Source of the DNA: Asterias rubens
Taxonomy: Eukaryota
DNA: 64,000 nucleotides
Assembly: GCF_902459465.1 (NCBI RefSeq)
Contig: NC_047067.1
Location: 15,190,001-15,254,000 of the forward strand
Reading direction: 5' to 3'
Shown here: in pieces, positions 10,841 to 23,721 of the stretch
Position numbering within the stretch: position 1 is the first letter of the stretch
Layout of the letters: each line of letters starts with the position of its first letter
The notes under the pieces: model-generated
The model's database searches: none
Seen by the model: the letters and a program-made list of their open reading frames with translations, nothing else
What the model was told of the DNA's origin: nothing
Position numbers and translations under genes: made by a program

Positions 10841-11049
10841 GAAGACCGTACAGAAATGTAAACAGTGGTGGATATGGGAAAACTAACTTGAATGAACATT
10901 TTAAATGGGTCTTCTACCTATGTTGCACAACCGCCTAGCCTTTATACATTATCAAACCCTCTCAGTCTGTGCTTTGGATATTTAAGTATTTGGATTGGAA
11001 AGAATAAATTTTAACTAAAATGAGCAAAATAATTGTTGGTAATTGCACA

Positions 11050-11761
11050 GTATAAATGTCATTCTTACATTTGGAACCATTCAGAATGCACCATCCACAT
11101 CAGTCAAGAACTTTGGTGCATATTTTGATTGAATTGTCTATGACTGATCAAATAGACCTGCTTTCGTTTACACCAAACTCTTTCCAACTTGTGTTAATCT
11201 TACGACTTGAGTTGAGTCCCAGCCTTGCAACGTAACATGCAAACCCTAAGATTAACGTTTCGTGAAAACGGCTCCAGCTTTGCAAGTCTGTTCGATTTCA
11301 TGTGTCACAGATTAGGAAGTATGTATCTGACGATTCATAACATCATGTGATTCGCAGCCATGTTCTTTCTCGGTTAGATTGTTGTAATGGGCTGCTTACA
11401 GAAAACCCACATGCATATTTTAAAAGAGACTTCACAGTTTGCAGAACTGGGCTGCTCGTGTTATATTTAGGTTAAATCGCCGTCGTGATGCCATGCTCCT
11501 TCTAAGATCGCTTCATTGGTTACCAATTAAACAGAGGATTGCAATTAAGATTATTTTATTTGTATGAACATTTCTTTATAAATCAGGCACCAGAGTAATT
11601 TAATGAGTGTCTAGAGTTGTATCAGTTTTTGTGTACACATCTTCACTCCAATGCAGATCCATCTCGGCTAACTTTTCCCATGACTCGCAGTAAGGCAGGA
11701 GATCAAACTTTCAGTTTTTACAGCAGCTTAGGGGTAGGGGTGGAATGAACTTCCTTCTTAA
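11050..11761 (+). mobile_element. Decayed L2/Crack-type LINE ORF2 3' fragment, itself interrupted at ~11160-11280
   Basis: Broken frames give SVKNFGAYFD, QIRKY, SRLDCCNGLL, LQNWAARVIF, LRSLHWLPIKQRI and SNADPSRLTFPMTRSKAGDQTF. Same family as 324-672. Confidence 0.85.
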
Positions 11762-13504
11762 ACGAGGAGTGTTTCCCTTGCACTGTCAGGCTGCCATGTG
11801 ACCCTGTGGAGAAAAGAAAGAAACACACAATGTTGACCTGAACTTATGTTGATTGTGTAATACTATCCGTAGTATGATAGGCTAATACTTATTGCAAGCA
11901 AATAAGTTAACGTAAATGTCAGAAAATTGTGTTGTTAAAATCACACATGAAGATACCATTTTTCACGTCAGGTACCTCTCTGTGCAGACGTCTTACGTGA
12001 GCATGAATTAAGCCCAAAGTGGTGACGTCACCTAACAACACAATGTTTTGACCTTCACGTTCACGTGTTTGCTGGCATAACATGCAGCTAATAAAACCTA
12101 CCTAATACTTACGGGCTAAAGTGAGGTTCGAGGCAACACCATCACAAATAAAGACTCTCATGTAATTTCAAATCTTATTTAAGTTTTAGTGTTTAAATTT
12201 TTTAAACATTTTGTTATTATGTTTTATTATTGTTTCTAAAAAAAAAAACAATTATGTTTAATTATAAAAACCAACAACAACAAAAACAGTGAATTTGGTA
12301 CTTTTTGCATTGCTTGAGACTCTACTCTCTAGATACAAAAGTTCCAACAACAATGCAAAACAAGTAACCTTGTGTAGAACTAGAACTTTAGAAGTAGGGG
12401 CTCAATTTTAATAACCTGTGTGTGTCGGTGCAACCGCCACTGACGACAGTGCTTTTTGTGGAACCATGTAGGTAGAAACTACCTCCATGGTGGAACCAGT
12501 GAGTTATATGAATAATAACACATGTTTTGTTAAGTTTTACTTCAAAACAAAACTTGTTCTTTTAAGTAAGAAGCCCCAAACCAAGTTACCGGTAACTCCA
12601 TGGAGGTAGATTTTTGCAATATTATTTGTCAACGCAAATTTATTAGTAGTTTAATTAAGAAACTTAACAGCAAGCTCACCTGTGTTGATTTCATGATGCC
12701 AACACAGTATGCACCAACCATCACCACTGCCTTGAGCAAGGCTACTGATTTCATCGAATATTCGGCCGGTGCAAATCATTTGTTTACAAAAGTGTCATTG
12801 CCTTTCATCAATCAATACACGCTGTGTGCAGTGTGTGTGTGTTGGCATGATGCATATAAATGGCGGCTTCTTCTTCTTTTTCCTTGCGACCTGTCGTCGA
12901 CGTGAGCAGATCTCTTGCATGTTGCATGCCTTGAGAAAACTGGCTACTTGACAGCTGCTTCTATATCTTGTTCTTCAAGTTTATCAACCAAGTCAGACCA
13001 AGTTAAGACGAAGTTATTTATTTAATATGCACGTCAAAGTTCCCGATGAAAATCCGTACTCAAAAGTACAACCATACACACACGACGTCTAGTGTGTAGG
13101 CATAATAAATACACGCTGACAGGTTTGTTGATCGTTCATTCATACATGTGACTTCCCGAACCCATCCAATACAGGGTGTACTGTTTGATAGCATATACAT
13201 GTTGAATATTCATTGATTTAACGACATCGACCAATCAGATGCGTCCGTACGATTTCGGCTGAAGTGCCCATAGGCTGTGCACAAACTGATGACAACTTGT
13301 ACAAGTCGTTAATGAGGAGTCAAAATCGGGGAGCCATCAGTTCGCGCGAGAGCAGTGAGTTCGCGCGAGAGCAGTGTTGTCGGGGGAGCACTATCTCAGC
13401 ACGTGGGGCCGATTTAACGACTTGTCCACAAGTCTAGTGATTTTATTGCCTCGTTCTTTAACGAGCCCTGTCCGACTACCACCGTGTGCCTGCTTGAAGT
13501 CGCT

Positions 13505-14095
13505 GTCATGGGCGTCAATCAGGGGGGGGGGGGGGGACACAGGGGGGACATGTCCCACCCACCTTTTGGAGGGTGGGGGACACAATATCAAATGTCCCCC
13601 CACCTTTTTGACCACCTTTATCATGAAGCCCAAGTTTTGCACTGTGTAAGACGGATCCCTGTGTCCCTATGTGGGCATTAATCCTGTGGGCAAAGGATGA
13701 CACAATATCCCCTCTTTAAATTGGCCCTAGATTGCATCACAGAGCATCTAAAATGCAAAATTTTCCCGGGCCCTTAAGCGGGCCCGGACCCATGCCGTAA
13801 AGGTTTTACACTCGCGTGCTCACTCTTTGACAGTATTTCCCCCTAAAACTTGGTTCATATAGATCCGTACTTGAAGATGCTTTCAACCCAAAAGGTTCTG
13901 CTGCTGCTCACATTTTTACAGATGTTCTGTTCCGTTCTGTATGCCTCGTATTGGCCTAAGATTGCACCACAGAGCATCTAGAATGCAAAATTTTCCCGGG
14001 CCCTTGAGCGGGCCCGGACCCATGCCGTAAAGGTTTCACACTCACGTGCTCACTATTTGACAGTATTTTCCCCTAAAACTTGCTTTTCCATTTTA
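13505..14095. repeat. G/C-tract-rich interspersed repeat with an internal ~130-bp direct duplication
   Basis: 13723-13850 resembles 13953-14080 (AGAGCATCTA.AATGCAAAATTTTCCCGGGCCC...). An inverted related copy lies at ~17040-17097. Confidence 0.7.
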
Positions 14096-15799
14096 CTCGG
14101 CTTCGTCTCATAAAATGGAATGGTCAAGAATCCACGCCATGATTTGTGATTTGACATGCACTCATTTTGTACCCAATATTTATTGGATATATGAATCCAA
14201 TACTAAATAATCATGAAATGTTGGCATTCTATGAAACAATTGTCATCATAAAGAGTCTTTCTTGTATAGAAAATACGCATATCGTTAACTCTGTTGACAA
14301 ACAAGGTTTTGGCGTAGTAAGTCACGGTATAAAGTGTATTTAAAATAGTATAAAATAAGTTCTTAATATGAATGGTTATGGTAGGATTCTAAATGTTGTT
14401 TACCATCAACAGCTCTACATTGCTCATTACCAAGTAAATTTTTATGCTGACAATTAATTTGAGTAATTACCAATATGGTCCGTTGCCTTTAAAGAGATTG
14501 TATCGATATTTCAACTCAGTAAAATAAACAAATAATATTAGTTAAACGACTATTTGTAATTTTTGGTTAAGGGTTTATTTCGAAATATCATTACAGAATT
14601 GTTATTACCAATTATTATTGAGACCTCACTAAAAACATTGTAGCTAAAGGAAATGTTGAATGATGAGTAAATAATGTTTACCATACTTCCGTCGCTATGT
14701 GAAACTTCATCAGTTAACAAGATTGCTGCAGGTGTAACACAACCATTGGATTGTAAGGGAGTCCGTCAAGGCATATACCATGGTAGTTACTCCAAAATTA
14801 ATGACCATAAAACTACAAGAAGCACTGCAGCTGTTGATTATATATATATATTATCTCCTTTTTAAGAAACGATTTCCTTTTGATGAATGTTGTTTAAGAG
14901 AAAGAGATTCAAAAACATCTGAGAAATAGTTTATGCATGAAACTTTTCTCAGATAGTGTATTCCCATTAACGGATAACTCATCCAGCATGGCCGTAACTG
15001 CACCAGACTTTGGGCAATATCCCCAAAACACCAGTACCTTTTTAAATGTTCGTCATTTGTTTGATGTCAGATTTTTGGCCCCAACATTAAAAAATAGATT
15101 TTTTCGAGTGAATGGTATTTCAAAGAGTATCACCCGCTCTAACGAAAACAAGTTGAACTTTTACTTTTAATGGTCAGGAACCATGACAAAAATTTAAAAC
15201 GTTTCTTATAAAACACATAAGAAATGGTCACGTGATATATTGTTGGGATCCCGACAAAAACTAATTTTGAGCACTTTATTTCACTGTTACTAATAATTGG
15301 CGGACTTTTTCGAGCAATGGCTCAAATGAAAGCTTGTAACTTTCTCGACCCCCATCAAAATACCTATTGAATTTTAAATCAAAATTTGCGGGTCAATTCG
15401 GCCAAAAATCTGACATAGAATCTTTAAGGCGATGTTTTAATTGATGTATATGTGCCTCTATACTCAGCAAGTAAACGTAACGGCAATCCAGAAATGACAC
15501 TATGATACTAAAGTGTAATTTAAAATCTAGTTTAATTATTTCTTGACTTTTTATGGACTAATCTCGGAATCTTATATATTTTTTAAAAATTTACATTCAG
15601 ATTGCGTCCATGTGCATTTCAGCAAAATGAAAAGTTTACCCAATAGAAGACGCTGTTCACTAAATAATTTGACAAATTCACTGCGAAAGACTATCCAAGG
15701 TCGAACTTTGTGCCTTATATTAAAATAAAGCAGAACTAATTTTAGCTTGGTTTCATCATTTGCTCATGTTTTTTGACTGAGTTTGTATTCAAAACAGAA

Positions 15800-16065
15800 T
15801 CGTTGGTCCCATGTGTTGTGTAACGCATGTAAAAGAACCCAGTGCACTTTTCGAAAAGAGAAGGGGTTCACCCCGGTGTTCCTGGCTGTGTCTGCTGTAT
15901 GCGCCGTAGCACCTTGTAAACCTTATAAGGTGCTAAATAATTGGGTCCCAAAATTCATCACTGCAAATACCTATCTTTCTGAAAGTTTGTATATACATGT
16001 ACTCAGCACTTTAGGTACTTTTGTTTGGTAGATACGTGCGCTATATTAGACTTCGATATTATTAA
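15800..16065 (+). mobile_element. 5'-truncated SINE, same family as 43920-44304
   Basis: Shares the GTTGGTCCC.TGTGTTGTGTAACGCA.GTAAAAGAACCCAGTGCAC core and ends in a LINE-like GCGCTATATT...TATTATTA tail. Confidence 0.75.
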
Positions 16066-16229
16066 ACGCGTTGGTTTGCAACAAAAAGATTGAACACTGA
16101 GTCAAGGCAGTTGAACCACGGAGAAAATAGTTACAGAGATCACTATTGTGTCTGTACCAACGCGAAATGTGTATAAAGCATTTGATTGAAAGTGGTGTTT
16201 TGTACCACCGAAGTGCAATTAGAGTCCTG

Positions 16230-16377
16230 GGGTCGATTTCACAAAGAGTTAGGACTAGTCCTAACTTAGGACTAGTCCTAGGAGATATACAAATTGCATG
16301 GATAGTCCTAAGTTAGGACGAGTAAATAGTCCTAACTCGAGATAAGACTAGTCCTAACTCTTTGTGAAATCCACCCC
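16230..16377. mobile_element. Harbinger/PIF-like MITE with CTG TSD (relative of 3106-3269)
   Basis: TIR GGGTCGATTTCACAAAGAGTTAGGACTAG; CTG at 16227-16229 and 16378-16380, reconstituting a CCTGG site. Confidence 0.8.
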
Positions 16378-16964
16378 CTGGACCTTTTTTTTGCAACGTC
16401 AAAGCCCGAGTTTTTGCCAACCCAGGTTGGAAAACTATGGAAAGCCATTATTGCAAATCAAAAACAGATCACTACTGTTTGTAACATTGAAAACATATTC
16501 AAACATTGTGTTGAACTTGTTGAGAACAAAACAAATAATTATGGAAGGTATTTTATTAATTGAAAGTTTGCATGACATGTTAAAAACATGTTTTTAACAT
16601 ACGGCCGTCCATGCCAACCAAGGCGGTTTGGTGAATTACAAAAGAAAGTTATAGGCCCATACATGCAACAAAAGCACAGTTTCCCGTTCTACTTCCGCAA
16701 CGGTATAGTTTCATATCCTTGATAATATGCAATCTTGCAGGCTAATGCATCCGGAGATACCTTTATCATGGAGCGGCCATCTTGATTTATTTTCATTCAA
16801 AACAATGTTTTTAAACCGTGGCTGGAAGGAGAAAACGTCTGGTTCCTTTTTATGCAATGCATGTTAGCATTCAGCAATGTTATTGGATACAGTGAACATG
16901 ATCAAGATTATGGCAGCATGATGAGGGTCTTTTGCAAACCATGTGGCGTGACTAAAGTACATTC

Positions 16965-17455
16965 TTAGGGGGCACAAAGGGGGGGGGGGCACATATTTGT
17001 CTGGGGGGGCACTTCAGAATAGGGGCGGATCCAGACAAAAGGTCCGGGCCCCGGAAAATTTTGCATTCTAGATGCTGTGTGGTGCAATCTGAGGCCATTT
17101 AGAGGCATGTTATTATATAGGCCTAATTGATGAAGGAAACAGAACAAAACACCTTCAAAACTTGAGCTGTAGAGTATGGGCCGTGGGCAATACTTAAACT
17201 TTCGTTGCAAGACATATGTAGAGTAGTATCAGATTCTTTCAAAATGCAAGGGAACAAGTTGAGTTGAATTTCCAGTTAGATCACCAACGCAGTAAAGGGT
17301 TGGTCGGTTTGGAATATATTTTTTGCCCCCCCCCCCCAGGATCCGCCCTTGCTTCAGAACACCCAAGTTCCTACAGAATACATCTCAAGGGGGCGGGCAT
17401 CCGGGGCACTGACATCACATGGGTGGATTGTTGGGGGGGGGGGGCACCTGCTAGT
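16965..17455. repeat. G/C-tract-rich interspersed repeat related to 13505-14095
   Basis: Contains the reverse complement of the 13.7/14.0-kb unit (GGTCCGGGCCCCGGAAAATTTTGCATTCTAGATGCT) and several G/C homopolymer tracts. Confidence 0.6.
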
Positions 17456-18292
17456 TACGCCACTGTTGCAGTCACGGCAACTCAAGTAAAGCCATAGCCC
17501 AAGCCAAAAACCATTGTATTGAAAATGGGCTCTGGAGAATACGAAATACATGTCACAACACACTCCAACTCATGCTCCCTCACACATACAGTGACATATC
17601 TTTTATAAAGTTATAGATCGAAACTATATTATAGAGTTGCAATGACTTTATTCAAAGCCGAATATAATGTCTTTCATTGTTGCAGTACTGCAGTTAGTAA
17701 TTGCCGTTTAAACGAGGAAACTCAAGTAAAACTGCATACAGATTCCAGAGAGAATTTATTTTACAAAAAGATAAAAGTGAAACAAGAAAAAAACAAGTGT
17801 GTGAAATATTTATCTTCAGAAATGTAAAAGTTCCTCCCTAAACAATTGTGTTCTGAAGTTTAAGCTAATAAGGACCTGAACTACTTTAAATGGTTAGTAC
17901 TTTTTGCAACACAAAATACATTGTTCACATAATTACATTAAATTGACACCGTTTGAAGATAATGATAGTAGAAAGCTTACTTGCTGACGTGCTGTAGTTT
18001 TTGAATAGTGAGTAAAACAATGTCACAAATATACGTTCTACATGCTAAAACGAGACGAACATTATTTTCGTGACTTGTTTTACTCATTTCTCAAAAACTA
18101 CAGCACCTCAGTAATATTTTTAGGGAAGCCTTCTACCATCACTATCTTCAAACTGCAGCGCGAGTTTATTGTAAATCTTTGGACATAGTGTTTTGTGATA
18201 CATAAAGTACCCAAATCCTTTATATGTATAGACTCCATATGACAGTCGAAATATAATTACAACACAGTATTGTTAATGTAAAGGGTGTATGC

Positions 18293-19300
18293 TTATACAC
18301 TGCTGTTGACGTCAGCATCACTTGAAAAGTTTGTGTTAGTATGAAATGTCACCATATTGCACTCAGTATTATCTGTCACCACAGACGATGCACTGTTTGC
18401 CGTGTTGGGGTCAGTTTCTCCTCTTCTGCGACCACAAAACACCCTGAAACAAAATTTGTCCACATGCCGATGCCAAGTATTCACATGACACAACATGCTG
18501 GAAGAAGCGTCTTCAGAATCGCCTCTCCTCTCTTCATGTAGACTTTATTCATAGCGAAGTAGATGACAGTATTGAGAAAGCTGTTGGACGCCAAGGTCCA
18601 ATAGGTGCAGAAGATAAGCAATTGGTTGACAGAAGTCTGCATTATGATTGAGTATGAAACGGTTATCATATGCGGCACCCAGCATGCGTAAAATACCAAA
18701 CTCATAATCCTGATCATTTTAAAGAGATTAACAGTTTGTTTAATGCCTGCATTGTGTGGAAGGTTCTTTTTGCCAGAACCCCGCTGAAGTGAGGAAGAAT
18801 GAGTTAAGCTGGCTCTTGTGCGTTGATGATCATCAAGTGACTTTCTCACTAAAATCGACGTAACCAATATGACCAACGCAACTGGTAATGCTAAAGCTAT
18901 CACAATGGTAAGTGTATAGACAGGGGCATTTTCATACAGTGGTAAACACGTGTACAAGTTTGATATGTAGTCAAATCCGAAGAAATCGAAGACAACCACA
19001 CAGTAGAGCAACAGAAAGAGAACCCAGCTGAACACAACTGCCCACAGGGCTCTTTTCTTGGTCACGATGCTTGAGTATCTCAATGGGTGCACAACAGCAA
19101 TGTACCTCTACACACTGAGTAGGGCTAGTGTCACAGCAGACACGTTACGGCATGTCTCGTGGATGTACGCTGTTAAAAGACAAAGCTCATCACCGTAAGG
19201 CCACGACGGTTACACCAATGGCAATAGCTAACTCGATAACACATACAAATCCTTGGCAAACAGGGGACGATAAAGTCGGATTCTCCATCTCATTTTCCAT
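18293..19300 (-). pseudogene. GPCR 3 pseudogene (paralog of GPCR4)
   Basis: MENEMEN...IELAIAIGVT is joined directly to WPYGDELC with a frameshift, so ~161 nt covering the TM1 end, ICL1 and TM2 are missing near 19204-19207. ERY is mutated to *RY (TAG at 19108-19110). A 1-nt frameshift near 18490 cuts the Cys-rich tail. Confidence 0.92.
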
Positions 19301-20967
19301 GCTGATTTTAAATCTAAAATCCTTCAGACTGAACAGAGAAATCGTTTTTGCAGTGTCAGCAATGCCTCTAGTGTTAGTAGATGGAATACTGGGCCTATAT
19401 ATACATGGTCCAACTTGTGGATGGTGTGAAGTGAGACTGTGTGTCATCGCAAAGCACACCAAGTCATGATGCAGGACTTTTCTGCTGGTCCAAGAAACAA
19501 ATAATTACGTATCTTTGTCTACGTATATTTTGTTGTTATTGTCATGCTGATTAATCCACCATGTACACAACACGGATGGATTATTGCCCGTTTTTTAATC
19601 AGCCCACCTGATGGATTAAATAAGCCTCTGTCATGACTTTTGCAGTCGTCTTTTTAATATAACCAGAATGCCTCTAGAATGGTTCGAGCCGGGGATCGAG
19701 CATGAGAGAGAGTTGTCATACGTCAGCCCCCAGTGCAAAGTGGCTCTTCGCTGGCAGCTTCAAATGTATTTTTAGTTTAAGACGAGCTTGAACAAACGAC
19801 AACAAGTGATCTTTTACTAAAATTCTTTTAAAATGCATTCATAAATACATCAGACAGTTTCGTTATTCCTATTGGTGGAGAGCGCGTCACGTGAAGCATT
19901 TTACTAGCAGCTGAAAGCAAACACATTTTTGCAACAATTCTTTCATTATTCTCTTGCAACTTCGACGGTCGATTGAGTTCAAATATTCACAGACTTGTTA
20001 TTTTATGCTCATGTTGGGATACACCAAGTGAGAATACTTGTCTTTGACAACAACCGAAGGTGTCCAGTGCCTTTAACCTTTAGAAGGTTTTTTTAAACGG
20101 GAGGGTAGGTCTTTTGACTCGGGAAACGCATCAGGAATGACTCGCCGTATCGCGGGGGAAATTGTTGCCCATCTCTTACTAAATCAAGAATTTAATATAC
20201 TAAAATCGGTGTACACGAAACACAACATTTCTTCATACAACAATAATATTTCCAATTTATTGGAAAGAAACTAACACCATTTCCTAGACTAACCAAAATC
20301 AACACATACAATCATGAACAATAATTGTACCCAAACCGTAATGCATTGTGCCATACATGAGTGACTAGTTTGAAACGGAATAGTCTTGAAATAGCACAAA
20401 ACAATTTGAAAAACTAATCAAACATAGCTGTAAAAAAAAACCTGCTTAGGCCTAGACCAAAAATACTTCGGTCGAATTTCACACAGCTGTTCGGCAGAAA
20501 AATACTGCTCAATTGCTAAGGTGCACAGCAACAATCATAGGTAGGCTTGAAAACCACTGAATGCTATGTTAATGTTATTTATATACCAATGCGAGTAACT
20601 CTTCTATTTATGACCTAAAACACTTGAGTATTTCTAATACAAGACCAGCCAAAAGTTACTCAATATTACAGTTGTTCATCGGTGCCTTGTGGCTGTGCAC
20701 TAAGCGAAAAACCGAGTAGGGCACCAGTTGTAACTTTGTGAACAAACACGGTCGGCCATTTTGTGCAGTCAACAATTTTGGCTAATTGGCGTGCCGTTAT
20801 AAGAAGAAAAAAAACCGTGCAATTTCGAGGAACGTTTGAGTGGATCATTATGTTCTACCTTTAAAAAATCTTTCTAGCCATATGCATTTGATAATGAACG
20901 ATTTCATATACTTTTCATAGACCAACTCGCCCGATCCAAGACAACAAAGTCATGATGCAGGACTTTT

Positions 20968-22131
20968 CTATTCTATATTAAAATGTGTAGTATCTGGTTT
21001 GTTAAGAGGAGTCTTAAAAGTTAAGAGTTCACAGTCGATAGTATATGGTGTTATTTCAGACGACTCGACCCTCAGTTCTTTACGCAAGTCAAACTCGCCA
21101 TGAATGCAGCAAACCTCTGCGCAAACATTGTCAATACATAGGTGCCACGTGTTCACACGGATACAACATTTTGGTTGAATAAATTTGAAAATCTCTTGAG
21201 CTCTGTTCATGAATGTTTTGTTCATGGAAAAGTAGATGACTGCGTTTAGGAAGCTATTGAAAGTGACCATCCAGCTCGTGCAGAACAAAAGAAAATGGTT
21301 AATGGTTGTATTAGTGATTGTGCTGTAAGAAATCGCAATCAAAAACGGCATCCATGATACGATATAAACAATACACATCACTTGGACCATCTTAAAAAGT
21401 TTCATAGTTTGTCCAGTTTCACTCACGATGTGATGATTTGTTGATGATCCTCGTTGACTCGTGGATGACGCTTGGGTCAATTCGGCCCGGAGTTTTCGGT
21501 GCCTTATCAAGGACCGTTTCACTTAAATTGATGTGAATAGTACGACTATCAAACATGGTATCGCTAGACCAAAGATAATCAAAAATGAATATGTATAATT
21601 ACTCTTATATTGAGGCAAACATGTGTAGAACTCCTGGTAATACTCGTAACCGACAAAGTCCTCAAAGAATACCGCCGAGTAGAGTAGCAAACACACCGTC
21701 CAGCATAGGAGAGAGACGGTTAGGGTTCGAGTTTTGGTGACTAGTCGTGAGTAACGTAACGGGTGCACAACGGCGATATATCGCTCGATGCTGAGTGCGA
21801 CTATTATGAGCGCAGACGTATCTCTGCACGTATCGAGGATATACGCCGTTATCAGGCAAAGGGCGTCTCCATATGGCCAGTCAATGCTTGCCTTGGCCAG
21901 GGGGTAGATGGACAGGGCCGAAAAGACTCCAACTCCAAAGTCAGCTACGCTCAGAGAAATCAACAGATAACCATGGCAGTTTCGAAGAGAAGGAGTAAGC
22001 CCCAGAACGATCAGGTTTAGTAAGTTACTTATCAGTACACAATACGTCACCCCAATTGCAATGCTTAGTTCAATAATGCAGGTGAAACCCTCACATCCTG
22101 AAATCTCTGTAGTTGATGTATTAGTTTCCAT
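20968..22131 (-). pseudogene. GPCR 4: full-length 7TM frame (387 codons) with one in-frame TAA at codon 203
   Basis: METN...VLFTSI-TAA(21523-21525)-VKRSL...NAVIY...HFNIE*. The equivalent codon in GPCR3 is TTA (Leu). A splice-acceptor-like TTTTGCAG lies 2 nt before the ATG. Confidence 0.88.
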
Positions 22132-22181
22132 ATCTGCAAAAGCTCACACAACCTCTGCCTGATCTTGTGTTTATCGGCACA

Positions 22182-22722
22182 GCACTGGTCCCCGAGCTGT
22201 GAAGTTTTTTTTTTAAACACAGGGTCTTAGCATCTGTTCGTGTACATCTCAATATTTGGAGATTGTGCAGTAATCACCAGAACCAGAATTGTTCAGTCTG
22301 TACAGATTGGCAATGGTGACCTATATACCTGTTCTCATACTGAAAGCAATGCGGACTTGATGCTTTGCGCCGCCTTTGTGTAACCGATTCCACATCTTTG
22401 CAATTTCATCACAGAGCATCGCAATACTGCGCTCATAATCACAGACAACCCATTACCAATGAAAGTCACGCTCACTTACGTTATGCATACATCCCTAATG
22501 GCAGCTCAATGGCAGCTCAATGTCATTAAGTGCATCACAGACTCATATCAATTACGGCACGCCAAGAAACTAATTATCAAATACACCGGGCAGAAGTTTT
22601 AATATAACCGTTCAAATTAATCAAAACAGATCCACCATGTCTTATCAATACACTTTTACCGGTCCAAGTTATTACATATAAACCTCGTATCTATATTTAT
22701 ATCTATCATGGCCCGGGCGACG
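22182..22722. repeat. Upstream region of GPCR4, duplicated at 8745-9286
   Basis: Direct high-identity match; begins ~50 bp upstream of the GPCR4 ATG on the minus strand. Confidence 0.9.
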
Positions 22723-22738
22723 GTTTTGAGCAATGTGA

Positions 22739-23102
22739 TAAAGGCACTGGACACTATTGGTTGTTACTCAAAATATTTATCAGCATAAAAACTCACTTGG
22801 TAACGAGCAAAGGAGAGCTGTTGATAGTATAAATCGTTGTGAGAAACGGCTCCCTCTGAAGTAACATAGTTTTTTTGTAAAGAGGTAATTTCTCTCTCAA
22901 AAATTTAAATACTTCAACTAAGGACTTGTTTTTGCATCTGAAACACACAGAGTGCAACAAGGGTGTTTTTACTTTCATTAATCCCTTGCAACTTCTATGA
23001 CCAATTGAGCCCAAATGTTCACAGGTTTATATATGTTGGGATATATACACAAAGTGAGAATACTTGTCTTTGACATTTACCTAACGTGTTCAGTGCCTTT
23101 AA
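22739..23102. mobile_element. Kolobok-type (T2-like) MITE, family A
   Basis: TAAAGGCACTGGACACTATTGG ... GTGTTCAGTGCCTTTAA. Confidence 0.85.
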
Positions 23103-23379
23103 TGTAACGATATTATCAAAAACTGTTAATAAACCGAACAAAAATGGTAAACAATTTAATTGCTATCGACCATATAAACAAGAAGGGCATCAGTCACAAG
23201 CAAATGACAGTGGAAGTTGAAGCCGAGAAACCGTGTCATCTACTGAGCGATTCGTTTTTTGTGTGATTTTGTGTAATTTTGGAATGATGGATGGATAATT
23301 GACAGCGATGACAATCAAGTTTAATCAATATAAGTATTCATGAGGTGTTTTTTTAGTTTCAAGCAATCAGGGTTAACTA

Positions 23380-23575
23380 AATGGACCCTTCCCTGTACAT
23401 ACCCTGTTGGTTGGCAAACGCCATAGAGTTGTGCACTAAGCAGACGCGCAATCGCGTCTGCGTCACGCACCCATTAGCCGTGTACAAAACAGCGCGATGT
23501 TCCCTCTTTTGCCAACCAAAACGTTAGTGCGCACGCGCTATGTGCAATTTACATATTTCATGGGAAGGGTCTATT
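23380..23575. mobile_element. Harbinger-like MITE
   Basis: TIR AATGGACCCTTCCC/GGGAAGGGTCTATT. Related ends at 29872-30009 and its duplicate. Confidence 0.65.
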
Positions 23576-23721
23576 AACGTAGGGTCAGTCTTATTCCTTA
23601 TTACTCGTGCGCATAAAGCAAAACAGTCACAAAGGGACAGTCTGGGATTCATCTGAAAATTACGTTGTAAGAAGCAAAATAGCTTTCGACAGTCTAATTC
23701 ATTTTGAGGAACATTTCGCGA

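Larger units (their letters stand above)
9310..13436. mobile_element. 4127-bp non-autonomous DNA transposon with perfect 147-bp TIRs, TAG..CTA ends and a 9-bp TSD (AcademH-like or Mutator-like)
   Basis: 9310-9456 is the exact reverse complement of 13290-13436. GTGATTTTA is duplicated at 9301-9309 and 13437-13445. No intact transposase ORF inside. Confidence 0.9.
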
